The position numbers were made by a program, and so were the translations under genes. From Octopus bimaculoides (taxonomy: Eukaryota), in NCBI RefSeq assembly GCF_001194135.2, contig NC_068985.1, positions 12,650,259 through 12,687,557 of the forward strand: DNA of 37,299 nucleotides, written 5' to 3'. The notes below the pieces were generated by a model. It was not told where the DNA came from, ran no database searches, and worked only from the letters and a program-made list of their open reading frames with translations. Shown in pieces: positions 1-11,798 of the stretch. The number at the start of each line of letters is the position of its first letter. Positions within the stretch are counted from its first letter, which is position 1.

Positions 1-658
1 ACCCGGTCTAGGTATTTTGAGATAAGCTCGGTGGGGCAGTTGCAGGCGGAGACGATGGGGCGGCCAGGGTTGTTCGGTTTATGGATCTTGGGGAGGAAGT
101 AAATGGTGGGGGTGCGTGGGGTGCGAACAATAAGGTTGGAGGCGGTGGCGGGGAGATGGGAGGAGAGGATGAGGTCATGGATAGTGGAATGCATATATAT
201 ACAGATTTGTAGGTGTGTCTCTTTGTGTGTGTGTGTGCGTGTGTGTGTGTGATTCTTATCAGTGTTTCCGACGGTGCTGCATGGAAATAATGCAAAAGAT
301 ACAAAATTAAAGACAAATAGCCTAAGAAAACAGCATATACAGATGAAATGGGGAGAAACAATGGTCCTACAAGCGTTTGAGACATAACTAGAAACTAAAT
401 ATGATATACCTAGAAATATATTTATATATGTACTTTGTGAATATATCGTCTTCATTAGCGGTGAGATTGGTAGATAAATACATACCTCCTGCAGCTAAAG
501 GAAACAGATAAACAAACAACATTTATTCCAATTTGTTTGTATAATATATGTATATACACATACATAAATAAGGATATATATGTGTCTGTATGCACGGATA
601 TGTATATATATAGGCAGCTGCAGAGCTAGATTTGCTCAGAGTTTGAAGGCACATTGAA

Positions 659-680
659 TGATAGATAGATAATTAGATAA

Positions 681-744
<64 letters not shown>

Positions 745-745
745 G

Positions 746-796
<51 letters not shown>

Positions 797-817
797 GTAG
801 ATAGATAGGTAGATAGG

Positions 818-900
<83 letters not shown>
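659..900. repeat. (GATA)n tetranucleotide microsatellite with a few GGTA variants
   Basis: Direct reading; explains the IYLS-repeat ORF 626..919. Confidence 0.98.
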
Positions 901-901
<1 letters not shown>

Positions 902-1618
902 GAGACCGTGGAGAAACATAGCAGGTCAGTTACAGGTCATCCAGACTGTCTCATTGAGAAGAAAATGTGCATAAAAACGATATTAAGAAAATCTATGTGT
1001 CCTTGTTGAAAGAAAAATAAAACTACAACAAACACAAACTCTTGAAATATACGCTGTGCTCTCTCACAAGTTTCCTTTTCATGACAACTGACATTAAAAA
1101 GTAAGAAAAGAAAATAAACAAAACCTTATGATGTTGCTAAACTAAAAACTTCTAAAGAAGCATTTGTTCTTTAAGATATGATCATTTTAATTTCAAAACT
1201 TATATATTTATTTTCTGAAATTGAGAAGATGCTGTTATACCTTGTGGAAAGAAAAGATTAAGCTCAAAAAGAGATTCAGTAAATATTACCAAAGAAAAGA
1301 AGATAAATCACTTAATTTTCCAAGCGGATTATCAAAGAGAACGTTAAAAAGAAAAGTCCATAAGAAACTGAAAACAGGAAAACTTATAAAATAATAAATT
1401 CGGTAAGTCATGGCAGGAAAAATTTCATGTTTTTCAATATCTTAAATTAGATTATTTGCATAAAAAGCAGTATACAATGATAAGTATGTAGAGCTGTAGC
1501 AAGAAATACGATGTCCCAGTAAAAGTCAGGTTACAAAATAAAATCTGTATAACATACAGGAAAGAAAGACACGAACATAATCCATAACATACAGGCATAT
1601 TTTGTGTGTTTGTACAAA

Positions 1619-1935
1619 GGCGCCTGGCTTAGTGGTTAGGCTATTCAGCTCATCATCGTAAGGTCGTGATTTCAATTCCAGACGGCGAATAGAGTCCTTG
1701 AACAAAACGCTTTATTTGACGTTGCTGCACTCTACTCAGCTGTCAAAAATGAGTTGTACCTTCATTTCATAGGAACAGCTTTGTCACATTCTGTGTCAGA
1801 CTGAATTTCCTCGAGAACTACGTGAAGAGCACTTGTGTCAGTAGAGTGCTCAACCACTTTCAAGTTCATTTCCCGATCAGATTGTTTCGCTGATAGGATC
1901 AACTGGAACCCTCGTAGTCATCATAAAGAAAGCGC
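1619..1935 (+). mobile_element. tRNA-derived SINE, head A + tail 1
   Basis: A box TGGCTTAGTGG at 1625-1635 and B-box-like GATTTCAATTCC at 1668-1679. The 3' part is homologous to the reverse complement of 22379-22565. Confidence 0.85.
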
Positions 1936-1955
1936 TTATCTTTATGTTTGGATGT

Positions 1956-1956
<1 letters not shown>

Positions 1957-1990
<34 letters not shown>
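1957..1990. repeat. (GT)n microsatellite
   Basis: Direct reading. Confidence 0.97.
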
Positions 1991-1992
<2 letters not shown>

Positions 1993-2432
1993 TTATGAGT
2001 GAAATTTATTGTGACTTGATGCGGTGATTTGTTTTTGTTTTTGAGATTCACTCAATCATGAAATTAAAGTTTCAAAAAGATGAAGAATTAGGCTATAAGC
2101 GAGTGAAACTAAACAGATAAAACTATTTAACATTGACAGACAAATTGTCCCCACTGCAACTTTTTCGATGGTGTACTTTTATCTAGCAATTTATAATATA
2201 TGGCTTTATCTTGTTTCTGTGCACATAATCTCATTGAAATTAGATTTTATAGGAACACTTAAATTGGAGTAACACCTAAAGTTGAATTTACTACGAATCG
2301 CACGTGGACAACTTCCTATCATGGTTTTCAGTGAGACTTATAAAATCTACTGTATGTTTAGTGATGTACTTGAATTTGCGAATGATATCTCCTTATCAAA
2401 TTCGCTCTCCGCAGGTCTACTAATTCAGAGAT

Positions 2433-3938
2433 TTTATTCGTTGAATGGTCACAATACATTGCTAGATCAGATAGACACCTGCCATGATTGTGAAAGATAT
2501 TTGTTATCTGAAAGCAGAAAGCTTGAGCAAACGACTATTCGGTCCCGATCATTTAACCATCGCAAAATCACACAAAAGTGTGAATTTTGAAAGTTTACAC
2601 AGGACTTCCACGTAACACTACAGATCCGAATTGCAAATGTTCGTAAAGTTTTGAATCTTTTTCTCCGTCCAGAGAACACCACATTCCAAAGACAGTCGAG
2701 TAATGTGTCCTTTAAATGTCAAACCTATATTCTTGGAATCTGATACAGTGTCATCTGAGAAATGTCAAATTTAGATGATTTTCCATGTCTTACCTATCAA
2801 ATGGTGCTTCTTTACTTCTTTTTAAAATAGCTTGTGTGTTAACGCGACGGATGCAATATTAGTAATTAGAATCATAACAATTTTCCATGGTATTTTCCCT
2901 GTAAACATATGTGTTGAATTTCGTATTTTCCCTGTAAATATACGTTCTGTATTCCGTAAACACTTATTCAAACATGCTCACTTGTTCCCGTGCACAGCCT
3001 CAATTTTAAAATCTATACAGTCAGCTACATATATTAATTTTACTGGAATATTTCCCTTTCCAGAAATCAACCATTGGACGTTGCAAATGAAACCTCACTA
3101 ACTATTACCTAATTACCCACCTGATCCAGTGATTCCGAGCTTTACACAACGGGGATGGTTTGTCCAATGTAAAAGAACCAGTCTTCTGAAGTATTTCAAT
3201 TTACGAATCAATGATCTTCATGTCTCTCAGCCTCGTAGTTAACGACAGGATCTTTTGAAACACTATGCTGCCTCACATTACAAACCTGACCGAAAATCTG
3301 TTTATAAATTATCTGGATCGCCCGATGTGTTTTGTCCCTTCCACATTAGTAGATTCATTATACCCAGACTGCACCCCGTCGTTCACTTTGGACGGCTTCA
3401 GCAAGATTGTTATATTTTATTTTCCAATGAATTATTTTATCAGCATAGTAATCAAACTAAGCCTGTAAAAGGAAATCGATATTAAGAAAGCCTCTAGCTA
3501 CATGTGAAGGCCAACTGATATTCCTAATCGAAATATTGACTAGCAATGACCTGAAAAACTCACCTTTACCACAGTTCTTGTCCTGGGAAATCTACATTCT
3601 ATACAAGAGATAAAATATCTTCTTCGAAATATAGAATTTTATATAAAAATGTAAGTTAGTTCTTTCCCGCTAAGCACAATTGTTTTGCATATTGTTGTTT
3701 TCTCCATTTGTAGTTGCATCATCACCTTAACGCAAACACCATTATCCCTTGGGTAAATGTCCGTCAATAAACTCCCATCCATTGCGAGTTTAGAATTTCA
3801 AGGCTTCCGACTACTTTCTAATCTACTCATCCTTTTTTCCCATAGTCCTGCATCCATAGATGTAGCCAACCAGATGTTACATGTACGAAAAGGTACGATT
3901 CATTTTCCTTTGAAAAGCAGACGTGATTTGACGTGTTT
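2433..3938 (-). pseudogene. Intron-containing pseudogene of a probable single-pass membrane protein with an F-type lectin/F5-8C-like ectodomain
   Basis: Coherent minus-strand splice sites. Exon 3938-3726 (ttttcag|...AAG|gtgatg, 213 nt, phase 0-0) reads KHVKSRLLFKGK*IVPFRTCNIWLATSMDAGLWEKRMSRLESSRKP*NSKLAMDGSLLTDIYPRDNGVCVK. Exon 3598-3564 (tctcttgtatag|...AAG|gtgagt) reads NVDFPGQELW*R. Exon(s) 3462-2794 (ttttacag|...TAG|gtaaga) contain the hydrophobic IVMILITNIASVALT at 2881-2837. Last exon from 2507 (tctgctttcag|) ends QVSI* at 2467, with AATAAA at 2438-2433. AMDG..C..W*RLSL resembles the F-type AIDG..C..WWRVDL. Many in-frame stops; the domain call is by eye. Confidence 0.5.
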
Positions 3939-5989
3939 CTGAAAATGCCAATCTACTATAGTAAACTTTCAGGCTACTTGGTATCATTATTTAGAAATGT
4001 CTGTTCTGTCTCCATTTTATGCTACAAATCTAAATCATCTTCGTCTCGTAATCAACTGTCCAATGTTGATATTGCAGCTGCTTCTTCGATAGTCTTGCTA
4101 TGCTACTGCTGTCATTATCAATGCTATTTGTAATGACGGCGGCTGTGATGTTGCTGATCAATGAGACAATGACCTCTATCGTAGACGTTTCATTTGACCG
4201 CAGCGTAACCTTATTTAATGACAGCTATGGTCGTAGCCGATGAATCACTTCCGTCGCCGATATCAAGGATATTAGCGTCTATGCTGCTGGTAAATATCGT
4301 GTAGGTTTTAGTGGTGTTGTTATAAGCTGGTGGTCGCTATTTCACGGCTACTTCTACCGCCATCAGTTACTGAATGTGTCGCTAAAATTTACATATTTCT
4401 TCTTCCATTATTTTAGGAATGTGAAATTTCTCATCTGTTTACTCTCACTCTCATCTCTGATCTTCATCCCTTTCAGGTTCTCCCAAACAAGTGACGCACT
4501 ATCAAATATGTTCTAATATCACATATTTCGCTTTGTCTTTTGAAATTGGTGTCGGGACCATATGCAATCTCCACATTATATAAATAGAATATTTGAAAAC
4601 AAACATAGCAACAAACATATTTTCCGTAAGTCTAAATCGGGAAACACGTTATCCCGCTTTCTAGTTGAATAAAAATTCGTCAAGAAATTGCATTGCAATA
4701 TTTATCTATCATAATTGTAAATATGGACAATTTTAGTGATCCTTTCCCCCGATCAGGTGAGATAGATGTTAAACCTCATCAGAGATTATATAATTGTTAT
4801 AAGTACGAAAAACAACGTGATACAAAGTAATGATGAGCATCAATTTCACTCTTACTGCCATGAGTGTTCATTACTATTTAATATGAACTTGGCAGATATC
4901 CGGCATTAGTAAATAATTCGTTTCTTGAATACTATAAAGAACGAAAATTTTGTCTCGATATAGACATTCGAAGTTAACTCTCACTGAAGAGACACAAACA
5001 ACTCAAAACACAGGTGCTATAATGTCGCCAGCCATTCACTCAGTCCAGTGTTTTATGAACTCAAATCGTCTGAAGGAAAACGTTTTACGATTGTAACTTA
5101 CTTCAGCGAAATGCATACTTGCGTTCAAATCTTTCGGAAAGTATTAGGAATGAAAATATAGCTCTTTGAAATATCAGATATATTTCAGTAATTTATTCGT
5201 GTGGATAAGTTGAGGTTCAAAAGTATTTTCATCGCAGAGCGTGAAATTATTTTTAACACCACAATCCATTCATCTAGAAAGCAAAAAATTTGTTTCATTA
5301 AGACGCTAAAAAAAAATAGAGAAGATGAATGAAAAGTTATAGAGATTGAGACTACTCTTTCACTTGTATAACAAAAGGTTTCTCTCAAAAACGGAATTCA
5401 GTTCCAGAATAATTTATTATATAAATTTCTATTTTTGAATATATGGAATAAATATGAGCAAGAATCTTCCAGAGCAGATATGCATATTATATTTAGAATA
5501 GCTGTCATCTGCACTAATCATATGGTCGTGTTGTCATTCTCGATATCAAGTTATTTCCGTTTCACCGGTCAGTAAGATGAATTCAATATTTCAATACAAC
5601 AATAAAGAGATTCTATTAAGCTAGTTATTATTATATTTGGTACAATGTAAATGCAGGAAAAGGCCACGAAACGCAACTTTGAATTTTGAACCAATCTATT
5701 TTCATATTCTTCTAAATTTACCAGGATTATTATGCATGCAGGAAAGAATGAAGGAGACGTGGGTTCACCACGATGTGAAAGCTTTCTTTTCTCTCTTTTC
5801 ACATCAGTTGATAATACGCTAACAATGTAAGGAATATCCTCATGAACTGGGATTCAAAAATCATTCAACGAATACTACGATGTTCTTACTAAATGTGAAA
5901 TAATAATTCTAGTAGGTATTGTTAGCTGTCCATCATGGTCATTTGAATGTACAAATGATGCTAAACAAAATATAATAGTTGATTATAAG

Positions 5990-6036
5990 TAAGGTATATG
6001 TGTGCATGTATATGTAAATGCATATAACTTTACATG

Positions 6037-6102
<66 letters not shown>

Positions 6103-6250
6103 TATACGTGCACGCTTACATACATACATATATTCATACATACAAACATACATATTTAGATGAATACATACACACGCACACATAAACACTTATATATACA
6201 CCCACATACATATGTGTGTGCTTGTCCACGTATACTCACTTATATATATA
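5990..6250. repeat. Compound (TA)n/(CA)n/(TACA)n microsatellite
   Basis: Direct reading; pure (TA)n at ~6040-6095. Confidence 0.95.
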
Positions 6251-6377
6251 TGTTTAGACACAGATAATTCTTCTATATTAAGTTATGCAAGACTTCGGAT
6301 TGAGAATCAATTATGCAATTGTCCGTTTGTATAAATAAATGGGTATGTGTGTATGTATGTATGGATGTATGTATATG

Positions 6378-7045
6378 CCATTCTTCAGTTTATTTCAAGA
6401 TTCCTTCTCAATAGAGAAAGAATCAGTTTCTCACCTATATCCAAGTCTCCTTCATTGGAATTTCAACGTCAACAAGGAGGTATTTTTGTATGTATGTACG
6501 TATGTATGTATGTATGTATGTACGTTTGTATGTATATGTGCAGATTTGTATGTTTTATGTATGTCTTCTCAAGCATGTGGTTACATATCTAGACATGCTC
6601 ATATATATTTAAATTATAAACTTCTGGAAAGTTTTACAGATTTTTACAGTTCCATTGATGGATTGGATCTGTTATCTTCGAATTAGCTTTTTACTGTCCG
6701 GTTTTGAGAATCCTAATTTCTCAAGATTGGAATTTGTGCAGTGTGTTACATATCCCAAAGCCCCAATAATTACATGTATAAACCTGAACTTGTAATCTGG
6801 ATAGAGTAACTGCAGATTTCTCAATAGTTAAGCATTGGTCTTCTACTTTTCACTGATCTTCAGCTTTATGTTAACATCCGCTGAGCAGCTAGTTTCCACA
6901 AAGTCTTATGATGGTTTTCACATCAATGACTCAGATATTATCAAGCGTCCAATCAAGCATCTCGAATGTTGGTATCAGTACTGGCACTGCAAACACATTA
7001 TGGGCCATAATTTTATTAAATGCAGATATTCTGAGGTCCAAATTT
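6378..7045 (-). mobile_element. RLE-type non-LTR retrotransposon (R4/Dong-like) 3' remnant, copy 1, internally deleted
   Basis: The minus strand gives late-RT AFNKIMAHNVFAVPVLIPTFEMLDW joined directly to the endonuclease-domain VETSCSADVNIKLK...LLYPDYKFRFIHVIIGALGYV...GTVKICKTFQKFII* (stop ~6609), followed by a 3' UTR homologous to copy 2. Confidence 0.85.
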
Positions 7046-7085
7046 ATATATGTAAGTCTAAATATATGTATTTATGTATGTATGT

Positions 7086-7778
7086 CATTATTCAGTTTAT
7101 TTCAAGATTTTTGCCAACAGAAAAAGAGTCGTTTTCTAACCTAGCTCAACGGCTCCTTCATTGGAATTAAACAGCCTATTTTGGCTTGTATGTATATGTG
7201 CAGTATTTGCAGTCAGTGTAGGTTCACATTGTTGTCTTTTGATTTATGCAGTATTTTCGTACATATAGTTCCTGGTTCAAATATACGCATATATACCTAA
7301 CTGATAAACTTCCGGCAAGTTTCACAGATTTTTACAGTTCAAGTCATGGTTTGGATGTGTTGTGTTCGGAAAAGCGTTCTCTTTTTTGCATTTGAGAAGC
7401 CTTATTTCCTAATATTGGTATTTAGGCAGTGTATTACGTATCTTAATGCACCAATAATTACTGCCATAAATCTGAGCATGCAGTCGTGTAGAGTCACCGT
7501 AGATTTCTCAATAGTTCAGCGTAAGTATTTTTTTTTCGCAGATCTTAAGCTTTACGTCAGCATCAGCTGCCCAGCTAACGTCCACAGCTGTACACAGTCT
7601 CCTTTATCTGTCCCAAGTCATTATGTCAAGTCTATTATGTTTACATTTAATTGAGATTTTGACTGGGATATTCCACCAGTACGGCTTTTTATTACGAGTG
7701 TTTATTGTTTCTACCATACTGTAGGTTCTTATTTCTTTAGCCTCAAGGTGATCCTTTCGACGGATCTCAGTACACGGT
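7086..7778 (-). mobile_element. RLE-type non-LTR retrotransposon (R4/Dong-like) 3' remnant, copy 2, 5'-truncated
   Basis: ORF 7604..7903 ends YWWNIPVKISIKCKHNRLDIMTWDR, a degenerate PD..D/E..K restriction-like endonuclease motif. The 3' half aligns with copy 1. Flanked by (TATG)n. Confidence 0.85.
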
Positions 7779-7850
7779 GTATGTATGTATGTATGTATGT
7801 ATATATGTATATATGTATTTATGTATACGTGTATGTAAATGTACATATAG
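7778..7850. repeat. (TATG)n/(TA)n microsatellite
   Basis: Direct reading. Confidence 0.9.
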
Positions 7851-8788
7851 AGAGACAGAGTGACAGAAGGTGAAATGGGCGTCAATGGCTGCTGAATTTC
7901 CACGATTGCTCTGAAATCTACAGGAAGTTCTGCTGATTTTCATTTTTGACTTGTTGAAATTCGAATATGTTGTACCGAATTTGATGATTCGTTGGGAAAA
8001 AAGACCTTTGAAAACGATAGGCATCTTTATTGAATAGACTTATCTTATATCAAGAGTGTTGTTAACATTTAACTATTTTGTTCACGTCGAGAAATTAACG
8101 ATACGTAGAAAGACTTACATACCTGAGAAAACCCTATTTTCCTTTAATTCTCATTTTTATTGTGAGAAGGTTTCTATAATTATTTAAAAATTCTTAGAAG
8201 TATGTGTACAAGAAGAACCCGTAGACATTCGATAGCCCATTTTTGTGTTTCATTGTCTGCTTTAATTGTTACCTCTATGACCTATACTAATATGTAATTG
8301 CCTACTTAATACCTAAGTGAAGTACAATTGCTACGTTAATTTAACAAATAATTCTACTACGTTCTGATATCAATAGAAGTTCGATATTTATAAAGTATTA
8401 TGATTTATTCGCAGAGGAGAGGATGCTGACACTGTATCTTCAATAATTTAATTTGATCAATTACTGATTGGAAAATATAGAAGACTTCTGTGTATTAGGA
8501 CATATCTATTTCAAGATAAAATCACAAAATTGCAAACATATTCACAACGTCATGTAGAAATTGATATAATTTCTCAGATTTCATGCAGTATAAAATATAT
8601 TGAATTTGCAATACAGCTCAGCTCAAAATATTTATGAATTAATCGAAGGCGACATATGGACTGAAGTAAAATAATAATCGAAATAACGACCAAGTGGCGG
8701 AATATATAAATCCCTTGAAAATAGACGAAGTATGAAACTATATGGGAAAAAATCTACGAAATAATATTTATGGCTATATATATATATA

Positions 8789-9071
8789 TAGTAAATGCAA
8801 AAAGAAGGACAAACACAAAAAAAAAATCAACAACGCGAGTACGTGGTACGTATAAAGTAGTAGCAGGCGCTCAGGGAGGGAAAGAAAGGTGGTTTACCGT
8901 TTCGAGCAAACGCTCTTCTTCGAAAACAGATGAAGGCCCAATAGAAAGGAAGACGGAGGAACAAAATGACCAACGATTCATTTTCAAAACGTAACTTCGT
9001 GTGAATCGTTGGTGTACCGCGTCCTCGCGTTGTTGCTTTTTTGTGATTCTTCTTCTTTTTTGTATTTACTA
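8789..9071 (-). mobile_element. Short Penelope-like (pseudo-LTR) remnant with inverted ends and a degenerate hammerhead motif
   Basis: Imperfect ~60-bp inverted repeat 8789-8849/9014-9071. Minus strand 8928-8892 reads TCGAAGA-AGAGC-GTTT-GCTC-GAAA-CGGTA, a hammerhead layout with the CUGANGA core altered. Perfect 12-bp hairpin 8969-8980/9002-9013. Sits next to (TA)n. Confidence 0.55.
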
Positions 9072-9239
9072 TGTACCACACGCTCACACGGACCCTGACG
9101 TTCGAGTACCTAGTTCGCGGAATTCTTTCTACCATCGGATTACATTACCTTGTGCATTCGGAATACGTCATTTGTGCACCTTGATTGTGAATCTTATATA
9201 TATATATATTTCTCCACAGACTAATCGATGTGAGGTAAT

Positions 9240-9412
9240 GGAGATGGTGGTGACAGGATCTATAACCGTTCAGAATATGGCGGCGAAAATTTACTTTTTC
9301 GGCCTCAAATATAAAAAAAAAAAGAAAGTGCGTTTTAACGCATTCGTTTCAGTGCACATGTCACCCGATCATGTTGCCGCCGCGGGAATGTTGGATGACA
9401 ACCAATAATAAG
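9240..9412 (+). promoter_or_regulatory. Candidate promoter/first-exon region of the plus-strand gene
   Basis: Locally CpG-rich in an AT-rich background, with a YY1-like AATATGGCGGC at 9274-9284 and a downstream AAG|gtaaca donor at 9412/9413. Confidence 0.4.
9395..9412 (+). CDS. Candidate first coding segment (MTTNNK) of the unidentified multi-exon gene
   Basis: ATG...AAG|gtaaca, phase 0; joins in frame to exon 11799-11842. Short, so weak evidence. Confidence 0.3.
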
Positions 9413-10339
9413 GTAACAAAAGTTGGACAAAAGTGTGAAATTCGTTTCGAATCTTGTGAAAGAGATGTCCCATAAAATTATCACGGAACGTTTCTTGTAT
9501 CCTTTCGTCAAAGTGTTTTAAGGGATTTTTGTTGATATTAGATATTTGCTGCTGATACGAAACTGAGAAATATTGTGGGCAACCATATTGTTGTGCATGG
9601 ATGCAATTATTTACAACAATCATTTACGTTGCGTCCAAGGGTTGCACGACTGAGTGTTTACTGGAAACCGAAATAAATCGTATATAACGAGTCCTCAAGC
9701 CGCCGGCGTCCAAAGCAAAACCTAAGTTACGGTATAGGCTAAGGCAAAACTCTTTAAAAGAAATAAAATGCACAACAAATATTTTTGGAAAAATGAACAT
9801 TTTCTTGTAAGATGAGTGAGCAGTATGGACATATATTATATATTATGCTAGGATGAAAAGGTTGTTCTGCCATATAGTGGCTGTGAGAGTACATCTAAAC
9901 TTAACGTCGCTGTGACGAACAAGACCATCAAATTAGGTAAACTCTTTACATTTAAAGTGTATTCACGAAAAGACTGAAAGGAGCAGCAGAGTTATATGTT
10001 AGCTAAGCATATATAATAATGATAGAGGTATGGTTGTTCAGGGTGTGATGGTGTAGCTGCATTATCTTTTCGCCCCTAACGTTTGTCATATCACTGTGAT
10101 CGGATATATCGTTTCCATATCGGCCTTATCACCGGTGTGGAAGTGACACCACGTCTGGAAAGCGAGCGGAATGGAGTAAGCCAGTCCACTCGGATAACAA
10201 TGCGTAAACCTGCGACAGACCAACCATCAATGATGGAGAATGATGGCCATCTCACCAATTCAGCAGGGTGCAAAGCGCATTGTAACCAGCGATGTATAGC
10301 CATATAAGATAGCTTATTCGATCACATGATCACGCGATA

Positions 10340-10403
10340 CATATATATATATATATGGGGATGTATATGCCTATACAGTCGCATGCATATAAATACTGTA
10401 TAC

Positions 10404-10469
<66 letters not shown>

Positions 10470-10592
10470 TGTGTGTGTGTGTGTTTGTGTGTGCGTACAT
10501 GTACATACACACACATATATCTATATATATATCTACATATATACACAAACATACATATATATATTCACATGTATATACACACACACATATAT
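10340..10592. repeat. Compound (TA)n/(GT)n/(CA)n microsatellite abutting a 100-N gap (10593-10692)
   Basis: Direct reading. Confidence 0.95.
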
Positions 10593-11469
10593 NNNNNNNN
10601 NNNNNNNNNNNNNNNNNNNNNNNNNNNNNNNNNNNNNNNNNNNNNNNNNNNNNNNNNNNNNNNNNNNNNNNNNNNNNNNNNNNNNNNNNNNNGTTAATAG
10701 AAACCATTGTAGCAAAGAACACAAAATAACTGTGGTTAGCTCCTGTTTTTAAGGCAGGAACTCCTTGAAATTTTGGGAATTTGAGTGTATATATATGTAG
10801 ATATACACACACACACACACACACATACACGCACATCAAACATTTTTAATAATATAAATATTCATACTTACACTAAGAATCATTCTTAGATCTACATATG
10901 CCCTCGGCAGCATTCCAGCCCGATATTATCAGGTTTACTTTAAAGATTTTCAATATTCGTAACAATTCCTTTGAAACTAATCAGTCGAAGAACTCTATCG
11001 CCAGCTATTTATATAACCACAAGATTCCTGTAGCAATTTGCATTCCTCAACACTGCCTATAGATTTGTTTAGTTCACTGTTTATATGATGGCTAATTGGA
11101 TAACGGAAGTTAGAATGTGGTGTAGTCTGTGTAGCTATTTTTTTTCTTTTTTTTTACTTCGTTCTTCCCCAATTTTCCAAGGTTGCGTTGCTTTTTCCTA
11201 TGTTATTTCTTCCCTTTCAATTCTGTGTCTTCCGTCGTTTTCTCTTTTTTTTTCTTTACTTTTATTAGCTCCAAGAATCTTTGCGACTACTGTATATTGC
11301 AACATCATTTTCTTAATTACAATACAAGTCAATAAGTTTTACGACGGTTCAGAAAACCGTTATAGACCTTATAAATAAATAAAGAATATATATATATGTA
11401 TATATGTATGTATATTGATTTTCAGGCTTATGTTGAATTAACCTTCATATATAGAAACACTCTTACTTG

Positions 11470-11470
11470 C

Positions 11471-11539
<69 letters not shown>

Positions 11540-11630
11540 TGTGTGCATGTATGTATGTATGTATGTATGTATGTATGCATGTGCACATACACGCATACAC
11601 ACTCGCACACACACGCACACACTCACATAT
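11470..11630. repeat. Compound (TA)n(GT)n(TATG)n(CA)n microsatellite
   Basis: Direct reading. Confidence 0.95.
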
Positions 11631-11798
11631 AGTAATATGTTAGTACGCTCTAGGGATCAATGTATAGGAAGTTAGTAATCTTCGTGTATTTACTCCGCAA
11701 GCGCTGATGACAAAAGGTGGACAACAAGTTTTATTAATAACTTAAGTTATACATTGTGCTCTGTACTGAGATTAAAAGGAGATTTGATAAGCTGACAG

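Noticed and set aside
8-385. 125-aa Pro/Ser-rich minus-strand ORF and G-rich tract at 30-190
   Set aside because: The ORF runs through (CA)n/(TA)n and has no recognisable domain. The G-runs have long, irregular loops, so a canonical G-quadruplex is not supported. It may be a retroelement fragment cut by the window edge.
626-919. IYLS-repeat ORF and all similar CV/HT/IY/YV/poly-I/L/Y ORFs in the track
   Set aside because: Translations of microsatellites.
2282-3485. Plus-strand ORFs 2282..2590, 2832..3101, 3255..3485 and 3265..3468
   Set aside because: No motifs or consistent plus-strand splice pattern; better explained as antisense to the minus-strand pseudogene.
4060-4375. Ser/Thr/Asp/Asn-rich partial frames on the minus strand (mucin-like?)
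   Set aside because: Frames are interrupted and there are no convincing splice sites; looks like decayed trinucleotide repeats.
4930-5130. Possible 5' fragment of a Tc1/mariner-type interspersed repeat
   Set aside because: Only a recollected resemblance; no second TIR or coding motif in the window to support it.
10080-10310. GC-richer segment with a hammerhead-like TGATAAGGCC...GAAACGATATATC on the minus strand
   Set aside because: Core and stem II are too degenerate and no PLE coding evidence is present; it needs an Infernal/BLAST search.
10871-11030. Minus-strand exon-like segment (ctacag|...|gtaagt)
   Set aside because: All three frames contain stops and there are no partner exons.
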